Shown: positions 36,138 to 46,055, counted from the first letter of the stretch. The stretch is DNA of 64,000 nt from Candidatus Bipolaricaulota bacterium (GCA_035528115.1 DATKZF010000003.1:86699-150698); one strand, 5' to 3'. The notes: generated by a model not told the origin, from the letters alone. Made by a program: numbers and translations.

Positions 36138-37217
36138 TTAATTTGTTTTTTTATAACTCTGACAATTAGCGCATTCTTTGTCCGGATAAATTCCGTTCAT
36201 CAAATCTTTTCTTATTTTCACGAAACGCTCATTATTCCATAAATCCATGATATTGTCGTAATCAAACATGTAGCCGAGACTGGACAAATCGCCCAAAACC
36301 ACGGCATTGCAACCGCCGATAATCACGTTTTCACCGTATCTTTTCGGATCATTGCCTTTGACCGGCCAGGTCTGAAAACGCGTCCAAAACGAGCCGCAGC
36401 GACCTTCCTTTTTATCAAAAGGCAAAGGAATCAAGACTTTGACGCCCTTTTCTTTGCCGTAAGCTTTGGCGGCGCTCAAAGCCTCGGTTATTTCAACATC
36501 GCCGCTCAAATACACGGAATCTTTGGACGTTAACTCATTGAAGCCGTGCGGATGCAAATTGACGATTTCAAGCATGGTGTTTATTTTTCGCTTGGCGAAT
36601 TCATCAATTAAGTCGTTTAGCTTAAGATAATTATGCTTGGTGATAATCAAATGAGATTTGAATTTAATCTTTGAATTCTTGCTCAAATACTCCATGGAGT
36701 CCATTAAATATTTAAAGTCGCTGCCTTTCTTCAATTGCTCATGCTGGGCCGGATCGCCTGACAAAATATCGGTGGTGATGTAGGAAATGTATTTTTTGCG
36801 TTTTAAAATTTCATCGAGATAATTTTTCATTTCAAATATTTCCTTGAAAAAATCGGTTTGCAATGAAACTTCGCCGTAAACATAAATCACGTAATCAATC
36901 ATTTTCAAAATATCATTGCACAAAAAAGGCTCGCCACCGGCGGTCAGATGAACATGCGGCACATTGCTTTGATAGCACATGTCCACCATTTTTTTAAAAT
37001 CTTCCATGGACAAAGTGAACGGCAATTTATAAACATTGCTTATTTGCGCCGCGTCCGGGCAATGATAAGCGCAAAAAGCGCATTGAAAAGAGCAAGCGCC
37101 GCCCATGACGCCGATCGAGACATGCCGCGGCGGGTATGATACAACCGCTTTTTTATAAAATTCTTTCTTATACTTTAAATAATTTTTAGAATTTTTAATT
37201 CTACTTAATAATCTCAT
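36138..37217 (-). CDS. radical SAM enzyme with C-terminal SPASM/twitch-like Cys cluster
   Basis: GGACSFQCAFCAY contains CxxxCxxC. GGEPFL. C-terminal Cys residues GGCNAV...CANCQSYKK. Confidence 0.7.
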   Translation of the reverse strand: MRLLSRIKNSKNYLKYKKEFYKKAVVSYPPRHVSIGVMGGACSFQCAFCAYHCPDAAQISNVYKLPFTLSMEDFKKMVDMCYQSNVPHVHLTAGGEPFLCNDILKMIDYVIYVYGEVSLQTDFFKEIFEMKNYLDEILKRKKYISYITTDILSGDPAQHEQLKKGSDFKYLMDSMEYLSKNSKIKFKSHLIITKHNYLKLNDLIDEFAKRKINTMLEIVNLHPHGFNELTSKDSVYLSGDVEITEALSAAKAYGKEKGVKVLIPLPFDKKEGRCGSFWTRFQTWPVKGNDPKRYGENVIIGGCNAVVLGDLSSLGYMFDYDNIMDLWNNERFVKIRKDLMNGIYPDKECANCQSYKKTN

Positions 37218-37223
37218 AAATAA

Positions 37224-37865
37224 TTATTTTTTACATATTCCGATTACTTTATCCGCAAAGCAAATCAATTGATTTCTATGATTGTTAATCCATTTAATCT
37301 TGTTTTCCAAAAGAATATATGTCGGATTCAGTTCAACCGTCGGGAAAATCTTTTTCAAGTCGTTCTCCAGCCTATTATAATATAATTTATTGACATGCGT
37401 CGGGTCATCAAAAAAATAATATTTAAACTGTCCTGTCTTAAAGGCTTTTGCAATGTCATAAAATCTTTTTGCGGGATAATTTGGTGTGCCGATTATCAAT
37501 GTTCCGCCGCCTTTTAACACCCGGTGAAATTCCCGTAAATATCCGTGATACTGGGCTTTCGGAATGTGTTCAATGACATTTGAAGTAAAAATATAATCAA
37601 AAAAATCATTTTCAAAGGGAATCTCGGGACGATTCGGATCCGCCTCGTAACAATTATACCCCTTTCTTTCTAACTCTTTCAACGCATCTTTATCAATTTC
37701 CATTCCATATAAATTTTTTTTCTCGAAATATTTGGAAAAAACATCCAGATATCGGCCATAGCCCGCTCCGAAATCCAATAAAATCGAGCCGGCATGGCAT
37801 GAAATCTTTTCCATTATTTTTTTTTCATATTCATCAGGAATGGGCTGTTCCCAGATTTTTGTCAT
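37224..37865 (-). CDS. class I SAM-dependent methyltransferase
   Basis: Motif I ILLDFGAGYGRYL. Motif post-I/II ...FDYIFTSNVIEHIP. Confidence 0.65.
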   Translation of the reverse strand: MTKIWEQPIPDEYEKKIMEKISCHAGSILLDFGAGYGRYLDVFSKYFEKKNLYGMEIDKDALKELERKGYNCYEADPNRPEIPFENDFFDYIFTSNVIEHIPKAQYHGYLREFHRVLKGGGTLIIGTPNYPAKRFYDIAKAFKTGQFKYYFFDDPTHVNKLYYNRLENDLKKIFPTVELNPTYILLENKIKWINNHRNQLICFADKVIGICKK

Positions 37866-37869
37866 AAAA

Positions 37870-39150
37870 TTATATTATGTCACATTCTTTATTTTCTGGC
37901 TCTAATTTCATGAAGAAAAAAAGTAAAATCAAAGAAGATAAAAATTCCGTAAATATCACGGCGATTATCGCTCCCCAAATCCTGTACAATGGAACTAAAA
38001 TTATCAAAAGGATTATTTTTATAATAGGATTAATGAAGCGCGTTATATAAAGTTCTTTGTTTCTGGATTTGGCTACCAGGACATTGGTTATTAGCATTGT
38101 CGGATAAACAAGAAGGGAGAGGCCGAAAATTTGGGAATATATTACAGATTCCGGATATTGAGGAAAAATAATTTTATAAATATAAGGCACCAGCAAAATA
38201 TAGAGCGCCGTGATAACCGCCAGAATAATAAAAAACATAAGCAATTTCATGGGTATTGATTTTTTCAATTCCGAAATATTGCGGTTCGTTATCTTTGGCA
38301 ATACTAAATTATTCAAATTGACTAAATATCTCGTTTTTAATTGCTGAATGGGAGAAATGGCAATGCTATAGATGGCAACTTCAACCGGTCCCAAAAATTG
38401 AAAAATCAATACTTTATCCAATTGATTGGCAATATTTCCTAAAACGCCCATTAAGCTCAAGTGTTTGCCATAACTGACGGTTTTGGGATCAGCGGCGTCA
38501 TTAAATGGTTTTTGTTTACGGAGATGTAGATAGAATAATAAAGGTAAAAGAGCATTATAAATAAAATAAACCAAAAAAATAAATAATATCTTATCCGTAA
38601 AAAAAATAGTCAAGCCTAGGACAATAGTAAAGCCGATCAAAAAAACGATATTATACAGGCTCAAACTTTTAAATTCTTTTCTACCGACTAAAACTCCCTT
38701 ATATAGATTAAATGAATCAATAAATGGAATAAAGGCCGCGACCGAAAAGAAAATTGACGCATATTCCCAATTGCCAAGATACCAATAATAAATGGCAAAG
38801 CCGATACTGGCAATACTGCCTATCGCTCCCCACTTTATTCTTTCTTTTAAGCCTTTTGATACTGAGCCTTCAAAACCCCGGGAAACAGCTTGTATTATAG
38901 CCGTATTCATGCCCGATAATGAGAAAAGAATCAGTATGGCTACGATCGAAAGGATATATCTGTAAGCTCCATATATCTCGGGCGGCAGAAAATTGGCCAG
39001 GAGAATCATTAAGGCAAAATCAGAAGCGGCCATGACTATCTGCCCGAATGTCAGCCAAAAACCGCCTTTGGCCAAATAAATCATGTCTATTTTTGTCCAC
39101 TTTTGCGTCCATCGTAAAATTTGTTTTAATTTTTCCTTTATTTTTCCCAT
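37870..39150 (-). CDS. polysaccharide/oligosaccharide flippase (Wzx-like, MOP superfamily), ~12 TM
   Basis: 426 aa, highly hydrophobic multi-helix protein. Layout and size match Wzx/PST-family flippases. Located in the glycosyltransferase operon. Confidence 0.6.
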   Translation of the reverse strand: MGKIKEKLKQILRWTQKWTKIDMIYLAKGGFWLTFGQIVMAASDFALMILLANFLPPEIYGAYRYILSIVAILILFSLSGMNTAIIQAVSRGFEGSVSKGLKERIKWGAIGSIASIGFAIYYWYLGNWEYASIFFSVAAFIPFIDSFNLYKGVLVGRKEFKSLSLYNIVFLIGFTIVLGLTIFFTDKILFIFLVYFIYNALLPLLFYLHLRKQKPFNDAADPKTVSYGKHLSLMGVLGNIANQLDKVLIFQFLGPVEVAIYSIAISPIQQLKTRYLVNLNNLVLPKITNRNISELKKSIPMKLLMFFIILAVITALYILLVPYIYKIIFPQYPESVIYSQIFGLSLLVYPTMLITNVLVAKSRNKELYITRFINPIIKIILLIILVPLYRIWGAIIAVIFTEFLSSLILLFFFMKLEPENKECDII

Positions 39151-39380
39151 ATTTTAATATCACTGAACTCTGTTATTTTATACTTCTTTCTTTTTGCATA
39201 CGAATAAAGTGGAAAATTTAATTTAAATAATTTTTTCCACAAGAGGCGCAAAAGATACTATACTCCCTCTTTGGATTCAAGACCGCAGCCGCATGAGGGG
39301 CACAGCATAGTTTCAATTACCCAGTCGTCGTAATTTGTCTGATCCATATTTAATGAGTGAATTGCGTAAAGACATTAATT

Positions 39381-40004
39381 TTATTTACCAACCGTCCCCC
39401 ACATTTCTCCGAACCGAATCGAATAATCATCCAAATTCCAGCCGGCTTCGATTAATTCTTTTCTTAGATTCTCGACGGTGTACTCGACGAAATGCGTTTT
39501 GTCCAAACGATATTCGTAACCGTTTTTCTTTTTATAAACCGCCAGCCAATCCCGATCGATCAACGGCACCCGAATCAATATCTCATCCGACAAGTCGCGC
39601 AATTTTTTCAAAAAATCGATTCTATTTTCAATATGTTCCAAAACGTTCGATAAAACTATTTTATCAAATTTTTCATTAAAAGGATAAACGGTGGCGTCGC
39701 CGACCATGAATTCAAGATTGCCTTGTTTGTTGTGTTTTTTCGCTTTGTCTATATTGGCCGAAAGAATATCCATGCCGATAACCTTTCTCGCCTTTCCGGC
39801 CAAGTCATAAGCCAAAAGACCGTTGCCGCAGCCCAAATCCAAAACCGCGTCGTTTTCGTCGACCTTGGCGACGAAAAATTCATGATAATTCAAGATTTCA
39901 TGCTTGGGGTGAATGCCGCCGTTTTTCTTGATGGCGATTTTGGAAATCGCTTTATATGAAAAGTTATGCAGCCAAATGAAAAATTTTTCCGCGATTTTTA
40001 ACAT
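39381..40004 (-). CDS. class I SAM-dependent methyltransferase
   Basis: Motif I VLDLGCGNGLLAYDLAGKARKVIGMDI. ...KIVLSNVLEHIEN. Confidence 0.65.
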   Translation of the reverse strand: MLKIAEKFFIWLHNFSYKAISKIAIKKNGGIHPKHEILNYHEFFVAKVDENDAVLDLGCGNGLLAYDLAGKARKVIGMDILSANIDKAKKHNKQGNLEFMVGDATVYPFNEKFDKIVLSNVLEHIENRIDFLKKLRDLSDEILIRVPLIDRDWLAVYKKKNGYEYRLDKTHFVEYTVENLRKELIEAGWNLDDYSIRFGEMWGTVGK

Positions 40005-40008
40005 AATC

Positions 40009-40710
40009 TTATTTTTTCTTTTCCAAAACGCACCACAATATTTTATTATTTAAATTTTTTCTCAATGTCTCGCTTCCTAAAAAAGAGCCGAGCGTCAACA
40101 ACATCGCGGCCAAACTCGAGACCTCGCGCTTAATGGGAAAAAGCTCAACAATATTTAAATTATGCTTTTTTGCCTGATAATCCAGAAATTCTTCCACATC
40201 CGTGTAGCTAAAAAACCATTTGTGTCGATCAAGCGGTTTTTCGAAAGGCAAACCGTAATATTTTGCCCGGGAACCGAATTGTTTTCTTTTATCCAAATCA
40301 GAAACATTTTTAGCCTTTATTTTCTTAAAATATGACAACACGTCAGCGACCGCGTTGGGCAAGGAAATAATGATATATTTTTTTGAGACTCTCGCCAACT
40401 CTCCAAAAACCTCATGTAAATTGTCCAAATGCTCCAAAACATCGGTGCAAACTACCGAGTCGAATTTATTATCCTCGAAAGGCAAGGGCAAATCTTTTTC
40501 CAAATTGATTCTCAAATCCGGAGAACCGGCAAGATCAACCTCGAAATATCCGCGCGCGGACGGCAAATATTTTTTCAAATGATTTTCTCCTCCACCGCCG
40601 ATATTTAATATATTTTCACCCAAATATTCGCCCAATTCTTGAACGATAAATCGATTTCGCTCATCACGATTATGATAAGGATATTTGGAAAATTTTTTAT
40701 TTCTTTTCAT
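40009..40710 (-). CDS. class I SAM-dependent methyltransferase
   Basis: Motif I ILNIGGGGENHLKKYLP. ...FDSVVCTDVLEHLDN. Confidence 0.6.
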   Translation of the reverse strand: MKRNKKFSKYPYHNRDERNRFIVQELGEYLGENILNIGGGGENHLKKYLPSARGYFEVDLAGSPDLRINLEKDLPLPFEDNKFDSVVCTDVLEHLDNLHEVFGELARVSKKYIIISLPNAVADVLSYFKKIKAKNVSDLDKRKQFGSRAKYYGLPFEKPLDRHKWFFSYTDVEEFLDYQAKKHNLNIVELFPIKREVSSLAAMLLTLGSFLGSETLRKNLNNKILWCVLEKKK

Positions 40711-41570
40711 ATTGATGATTTTTTTCTTAAAACCAATAAAATTTGATGGCCGGTCAAAGGCGCCAGGATTTTCGATAAATAATATTTTAATACTTTCACG
40801 CCAAAATTTTTGGAACCGTATAATCTATTCATTGTTGAATTTAAAAATTTCACTTCATCTTTTAATCCTTTAACTCCGTCAAAAGGTTTTTTATACATCA
40901 ACTCAAATCCCAATTTTTCAAAATAATCTATTACCGATTCGCTCCGCAGAAAAAAATGATAAAAGTCATTCATCTCTGCGCGCTCCTCTTGGAAAATATC
41001 ATATTTGTTTTTTTTGATCTTATATCGACGCAGCCACGACAAATGAGGGAAAGTCAAAAATAAAAAACCATTGGGTTTTAACACTCTATGCATTTCTTTG
41101 GCCGAAAGTTCATAACCATCGTAAAAATGCTCGATTACTCCCAGTGACCAATATCCGTCAAAAAATTGATCATCAAAAGGCAGCTGCTGCACGTCCCCGG
41201 TGACAATCTTCAGCTCGGGGAAAAGCTGATTTAACCTCTCTACCGTTTTTTCCGCGTAATCGACGCCATACGAATCATAGCCATGGCAACGCAATCCATA
41301 AACATATTGCCCCTTTCCGCATCCGCCTTCAAGCACTTTGGCTCCTAATGGCAAAAATTTTTTCGTTATACCATTCACCAACCTGGATTTTTTTCCTGCT
41401 TCGACTTGCTTTTTAAAATTTTCGACATCCCATAAATTGTCCCAAAATTTACTGTCGGATTTTTTCCAAAACCTCAATAACATTCCGGATTCGGCATTAT
41501 AATATTTCATATGGATTTTTTTCCTATTATGGCGTACATCGCCGACGGAAAATTGACAATATTGTCCCAC
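40707..41570 (-). CDS. class I SAM-dependent methyltransferase
   Basis: Motif I VLEGGCGKGQYVYGL. ...WSLGVIEHFYDG...VLKPNGFLFLTFP. Confidence 0.65.
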   Translation of the reverse strand: MGQYCQFSVGDVRHNRKKIHMKYYNAESGMLLRFWKKSDSKFWDNLWDVENFKKQVEAGKKSRLVNGITKKFLPLGAKVLEGGCGKGQYVYGLRCHGYDSYGVDYAEKTVERLNQLFPELKIVTGDVQQLPFDDQFFDGYWSLGVIEHFYDGYELSAKEMHRVLKPNGFLFLTFPHLSWLRRYKIKKNKYDIFQEERAEMNDFYHFFLRSESVIDYFEKLGFELMYKKPFDGVKGLKDEVKFLNSTMNRLYGSKNFGVKVLKYYLSKILAPLTGHQILLVLRKKSSI

Positions 41571-41649
41571 CGGCTTGAAAAATCAACCGCTCTTTTATAA
41601 AATGCTGTTTTCCTGAGACATTTTCCAAAAATTAATTCGGGCACGCTGA

Positions 41650-42312
41650 TCAAACTAAAATGAAGTCCGAAAGAAAAAAACCGCCGAATTTGAAAACTTC
41701 AAATTTTTCATTAAACAACTTTTTGATCCGGATAGGAGTGTATTGGCGATAGCCGTGCCACAAATAAAGCGGCAATACCCAAAATGACGGCACGATATGA
41801 ATTTGAACGCCTCCTTGGTTCAGCGCCTTTCCGGACTTTTCAACGGCCAGCGAATCGTTTTTAATATGCTCCAAGGCGCTGATGGAAATTATCAAATCGA
41901 ATTTGTCATCGGTTTCAAAGGACTCGATTGCGGTTTGAAAAAACTTCGATTGGCAATATTTGGAGTACTGGTCAAAAGCATCATTTTTAAAAACATCTAT
42001 GCCCGTGTAATCGACAACATAACCCGCGTCAGCCAAAATTTTCCTGACATAACCCGAGCCGCAGCCGATGTCCAAGACTTTGATTTCTTTTTTTAAAATC
42101 AGTTCCGGCAATTTATGTTCTAAAAAATTGTCCAAAAATTGCCGGCCGGGAGAAGCGGAATTGGGAATCAAATCGATCGGCCGCCAATATGTCATTTTCA
42201 ATCTTTTTCTATACCCCCAAATGCCCCTAAAAAGATTATAAAACAAATAAATGATTCTGTCTTTAACAGTCAATTTGTTGCCGCTAAAATTGTCCCCGCA
42301 GATTTCTTTCAT
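41650..42312 (-). CDS. class I SAM-dependent methyltransferase
   Basis: Motif I VLDIGCGSGYVRKILADAGY. ...FDLIISISALEHIKND. Confidence 0.65.
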   Translation of the reverse strand: MKEICGDNFSGNKLTVKDRIIYLFYNLFRGIWGYRKRLKMTYWRPIDLIPNSASPGRQFLDNFLEHKLPELILKKEIKVLDIGCGSGYVRKILADAGYVVDYTGIDVFKNDAFDQYSKYCQSKFFQTAIESFETDDKFDLIISISALEHIKNDSLAVEKSGKALNQGGVQIHIVPSFWVLPLYLWHGYRQYTPIRIKKLFNEKFEVFKFGGFFLSDFILV

Positions 42313-43442
42313 GAAAGTATTGCCTTTATTTTTTGGGAAAATTTTTCAAGAGAATGATTCTTTTTCGCTTGCTCAAACCCAGCTCGACCGAAGTTGATCA
42401 CATCATCTTTGTCATCGATGACGCTCTCGATTTTTCTCGCCAAATCATCCGCGTCGCCTGCCTTAAAAATATAACCGGTCTCCCCTTCTTTAATGTAGCA
42501 TTTGGTGCCGTTTTTGTCGCTCGATATCACCGGCACTTTATTGGCCATGGCTTCGAGTATCTGAAACGACGCCGGATCGCTTAAGCTTGTCAGAACAAAT
42601 AAATCACTTTGCCGATAAAGTTCAATGACCTCGGCATGAGGCGCGTCGAATTTGAACTCGACGATATCTTCCATCTTGTTTTCTTTGACGAAATCCATCA
42701 ATTTCAATATGTAATTCGGATCGGCTTTTTCTCCGACCAAAACTATTTTCATCGGATAAAAACTTTTCAGTTTTTCCACAGCTTTTAAAAGCGTCAATTG
42801 GTCTTTGATCGGCTCAAATTTTCCGATGTTTAAAATATTCATTTTCACGTTTTTAAAATACGATTTTTCAAAATCGACAATGTCGTAAACGAATGGAATA
42901 TAATGAAATTTTTCGTGGCTTTTTTCATCTCTGCCGCTCTTTCGACAAATCGGCGAGGCGACCGCTTTCACTTGATAATGTTTGAATAAAAACCAACAAA
43001 CGAATTTTTCTTTCAATCTTTGGCAACGGAAACGATCTCTTTGAATAAAAACAATTGATTTTATTTTGAATCTTTTGGCGTATTTTAACGCGCACAAAGA
43101 AAACAAACTTTTTAAGCCCTTGACCATGATAACATCCGGATTGATCTCTTTGATTCTTTTTTTGAATTTCCTCAGCGGAGGCAATGACAATTTCAATTCC
43201 CAAGAATTTTTCAAATAAGTTTTTTTGAACTTGGAAAATATTTTTTCAAAAAACAAATAAACTCTTGAATAGCCGATGATCTCGGGATCGATCAAATCGT
43301 ATTTTTCCGACTTGCCTTTGTATTGAACGATCAAATCGACAAAATGCCCGGCGTTCTTCAAGGCCAAGATTCGATCATGCAAATTTATGTGATATCGCGG
43401 AGCGATGATTAAATATTTCATATTTCCTCTTCTTCCACCCAA
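42309..43442 (-). CDS. glycosyltransferase family 4
   Basis: C-terminal GT4 region KIVLVGEKADPNYILKLMDFVKENKMEDIVEFKF...SDLFVLTSLSDPASFQILEAMANKVPVISSDKNGTKCYIKEGETGYIF. 4-nt overlap with the downstream methyltransferase gene. Confidence 0.7.
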   Translation of the reverse strand: MGGRRGNMKYLIIAPRYHINLHDRILALKNAGHFVDLIVQYKGKSEKYDLIDPEIIGYSRVYLFFEKIFSKFKKTYLKNSWELKLSLPPLRKFKKRIKEINPDVIMVKGLKSLFSLCALKYAKRFKIKSIVFIQRDRFRCQRLKEKFVCWFLFKHYQVKAVASPICRKSGRDEKSHEKFHYIPFVYDIVDFEKSYFKNVKMNILNIGKFEPIKDQLTLLKAVEKLKSFYPMKIVLVGEKADPNYILKLMDFVKENKMEDIVEFKFDAPHAEVIELYRQSDLFVLTSLSDPASFQILEAMANKVPVISSDKNGTKCYIKEGETGYIFKAGDADDLARKIESVIDDKDDVINFGRAGFEQAKKNHSLEKFSQKIKAILS

Positions 43443-43535
43443 ATTTAGTTGGGGTTGAAGAGTCTTGGGACTTTAGTCCCTTTAGCTTCCACCCCACTTT
43501 CCTGCCGGCAGGCAGGAGTGGAGGGTTTCGGGACT

Positions 43536-44126
43536 TTAGTCCCCTTTTATCTTCCTAAAAACATCTTTTACTCCTATTTGATTTAACTTATTGAAATCCA
43601 CGTTTCCTTCGCCATCTTCATTTACATCAATGACTCGATAAACAAGATCCTTAGCGGCTTCCTCCCCGTATTCTTTGACAAACTTAATGTGGCTGAAAAA
43701 TTGGCATTCGCGCAATTCATTAAATGTGCTTACTTCCTTATGTTTCAACAAATTTCCATTGATGTAACCAATTACCCGCCAAAAACTGTCTTCGTCTTTT
43801 ATAACAAAAGCTTTGGTGCTCTGCCACATTTCTTGATATTTGCATTGAAACGTTTTCTTATATTGATGACTGACGCCGCCATTCAATAGTTGTTTCGTCT
43901 TTGAATATAACAAGCCATCATTCAAAAAAGCAAAATAGTGAAAATGATTGATCGCAATGCTGTAAGCTATTAATTTGATGTTCAATCTTTCTTCTATTTC
44001 CTCAAACTTATCCAGCACCAGCTTCTTTTTTTCAAAAGTGTTGAAATACGGAAAATGCAGAAATGTCGATGTCGTGATGAAATAATATTCGTTATTGGGC
44101 CAAAATGGCAGTTGGTTTTTATTCAT
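43536..44126 (-). CDS. IS200/RAYT-like Y1 (HUH) transposase homologue
   Basis: 196 aa. YYFITTSTFLHFPYF N-terminal motif and AINHFHYFAF (HuH) resemble IS200/IS605 TnpA/RAYT. Flanked by hairpin repeats: gggactttagtccc x2 (43467-43480, 43530-43544) with the CCTGCCGGCAGGCAGG palindrome on one side, and two direct 36-bp hairpin units (44148-44183, 44209-44246) on the other. Confidence 0.5.
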   Translation of the reverse strand: MNKNQLPFWPNNEYYFITTSTFLHFPYFNTFEKKKLVLDKFEEIEERLNIKLIAYSIAINHFHYFAFLNDGLLYSKTKQLLNGGVSHQYKKTFQCKYQEMWQSTKAFVIKDEDSFWRVIGYINGNLLKHKEVSTFNELRECQFFSHIKFVKEYGEEAAKDLVYRVIDVNEDGEGNVDFNKLNQIGVKDVFRKIKGD

Positions 44127-44244
44127 AAGCTCAAATTCATCTTTATGGAAACCCTGGGCTAAAGCCCGGTGGAATCCGTCTTTTGCTCATGGATTCAACT
44201 TCTGCCATAGGGAAACCCTGGGCTAATGCCCGGTGGAAACCGTC

Positions 44245-45330
44245 TTAGAATTCAAACAAAAACTCATCCAACATCTCAATCACCTTTTTTATATCATACT
44301 TACACTCAACCATCTTTTTGGCGTGATCGCTGAAACTTCTCATCGACTCTCCATTTCTTATCGCCCAATTCATTTTCTCCGCCAAATCAGCCGCGTCTTT
44401 GACCTTAAAAGTCAAACCGGTCGCCTTGTTTTCTATCAACTCTTTATTTTCTTCAATGTCCGAAACAACGCACGGCACTCCGGCGGCCATGGCTTCCAGC
44501 AATGAATTGCTCATGCCTTCGTGCGCGGCCGCTGAAATATAGAGGTCGGAGCATTTCAATAATTCAACCACGTCGCTTCGATAGCCCAAAAATTTCACTT
44601 GTTCCGACAAACCGTTTGCCTCGACGAAATTTTTCAAAGCATTTTCTTCTTCTCCCACGCTGATTTGCAAATACTTTATTTTTGGATCATTCAATTTCTT
44701 AATGGCTCGCAAAATGTCAATCTGTCTTTTGCTGGGATAAAGTCTGGCCACGTTAATGATCACGAAATCGTTTTCATCGAGTCCGAGCTCGCGACATTTT
44801 TCCGAAACATTTGCGCTCGTTTGAAATTTTTCCAGATTCACACCGTTTGGAATAACTTTTGTTTTATTCTCTGGAACGCCCATCTTTTCATGGTAAAAAT
44901 TTCTCACGGCGTTTGAATTGAACAAGAAAAAATTAACTTTATTTTTGGTCAATCGATCGAGCTTCATCAAAAACGGCAAATCAAGATGTTTGTTTCGAAT
45001 AAATGCGATGATTTTTTTCACGCCGAACAATTTGCCGAAAATTCTGCTGAAAATATCCGCATGAATCAAATAATTGACTTGGACATCCGGCTTAAAATCT
45101 TTAATGACTTTTCTATAACGCCAAATGGCGCAAAGGTCAAATTTACTCTGAGCTTCCAAATAACGCACGGAGACGCCCTTTTGCTCCAATTGTCGGCCGA
45201 TATCACCGCGCCCTTTGAGGCAACAAACCATATTTTCCGTTTTTTTCAAGCCGGGCAAAGTCTTCAAAAGCATTTGCTCCGCTCCGCCGTGAGGCTCCAG
45301 TCCGGTGATTAAATGCATAATTTTTTTCAT
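44245..45330 (-). CDS. glycosyltransferase family 4
   Basis: MKKIMHLITGLEPHGGAEQMLLKTL N-terminus. C-terminal GT4 region SDLYISAAAHEGMSNSLLEAMAAGVPCVVSDIEENKELI...TGLTF. Confidence 0.75.
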   Translation of the reverse strand: MKKIMHLITGLEPHGGAEQMLLKTLPGLKKTENMVCCLKGRGDIGRQLEQKGVSVRYLEAQSKFDLCAIWRYRKVIKDFKPDVQVNYLIHADIFSRIFGKLFGVKKIIAFIRNKHLDLPFLMKLDRLTKNKVNFFLFNSNAVRNFYHEKMGVPENKTKVIPNGVNLEKFQTSANVSEKCRELGLDENDFVIINVARLYPSKRQIDILRAIKKLNDPKIKYLQISVGEEENALKNFVEANGLSEQVKFLGYRSDVVELLKCSDLYISAAAHEGMSNSLLEAMAAGVPCVVSDIEENKELIENKATGLTFKVKDAADLAEKMNWAIRNGESMRSFSDHAKKMVECKYDIKKVIEMLDEFLFEF

Positions 45331-45491
45331 AAAATCGCTTATATTTTAGCAAAATATCCACAAATAATCAAATAAATGGCGCGGCCGCATGCGGCGCCCC
45401 AAATGGGCGAGCCGAAACAAACCAAACCGGTTTAAACTGATTTTATCCAATTTTAAAAGCCCCGTTTTTCGGGGCCTTATCTTTTTAAATT

Positions 45492-46055
45492 TTATTTATT
45501 GATAATGTTTTCCACGGCCGCCCACCTGGAGCCTCCTTCGGTCGGAATCAAGAAAACGACTTCATCGCCATCCTCGCCTTTGAAATAAGTGACGCTGGCC
45601 GTCAAAAGACGCCATTTCTTGCCTTCGGCCACGGCATAAAATTGTTTGGATTGATCGTCGAGTTCCAGTTCTCCCACCAATCTCTCTCTCTCAATCGGTT
45701 TGATTTGCTTATAAATGAAAGCGCCTGTGGGGCTGATCGTCAATTTCAAAATATCCCCTTCCACCAATTTGGATTTTGAAGCGTAATTGGCGGGCACGTC
45801 GTATTCTTTGCCATCCGCTCCGATCATGTTTTGTCCGTCAAAAACCCCTTCGAGCACCTGCTCGAGCGAATTTTTTTCCGGAGCCGGCCTGCTTATCAAT
45901 TCTTTTTTGACTCCGGCCGAAGCGTCTCCGATAACGTTGGCCGAGCCGTCTTTGGTGATCACCAGCTTTAATCTATCGATTTGTTTTTGCAAATCCGAAA
46001 TTACCTTCATCAGCTCTTCTCTCGAAGGCTTTTGTGACTTCTTTTTCCAGAACAT
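45492..46055 (-). CDS. hypothetical protein (last gene of the T4CP-like operon)
   Basis: 187-aa ORF. Terminator hairpin gccccg-ttttt-cggggc at 45459-45475 just downstream. Confidence 0.5.
   Translation of the reverse strand: MFWKKKSQKPSREELMKVISDLQKQIDRLKLVITKDGSANVIGDASAGVKKELISRPAPEKNSLEQVLEGVFDGQNMIGADGKEYDVPANYASKSKLVEGDILKLTISPTGAFIYKQIKPIERERLVGELELDDQSKQFYAVAEGKKWRLLTASVTYFKGEDGDEVVFLIPTEGGSRWAAVENIINK

Noticed and set aside
42925-43203. Internal minus-strand 92-aa ORF and other nested ORFs within GT4/MTase genes
   Set aside because: Fully contained in longer ORFs with recognisable domains, in a different frame.
45385-45410. GC-rich palindrome gccgcatgcggc in the GT4 upstream region as a REP copy
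   Set aside because: Single short palindrome without the agcggaRag or cctgcc/ggcagg signature. Probably incidental or a simple operator, with insufficient evidence.
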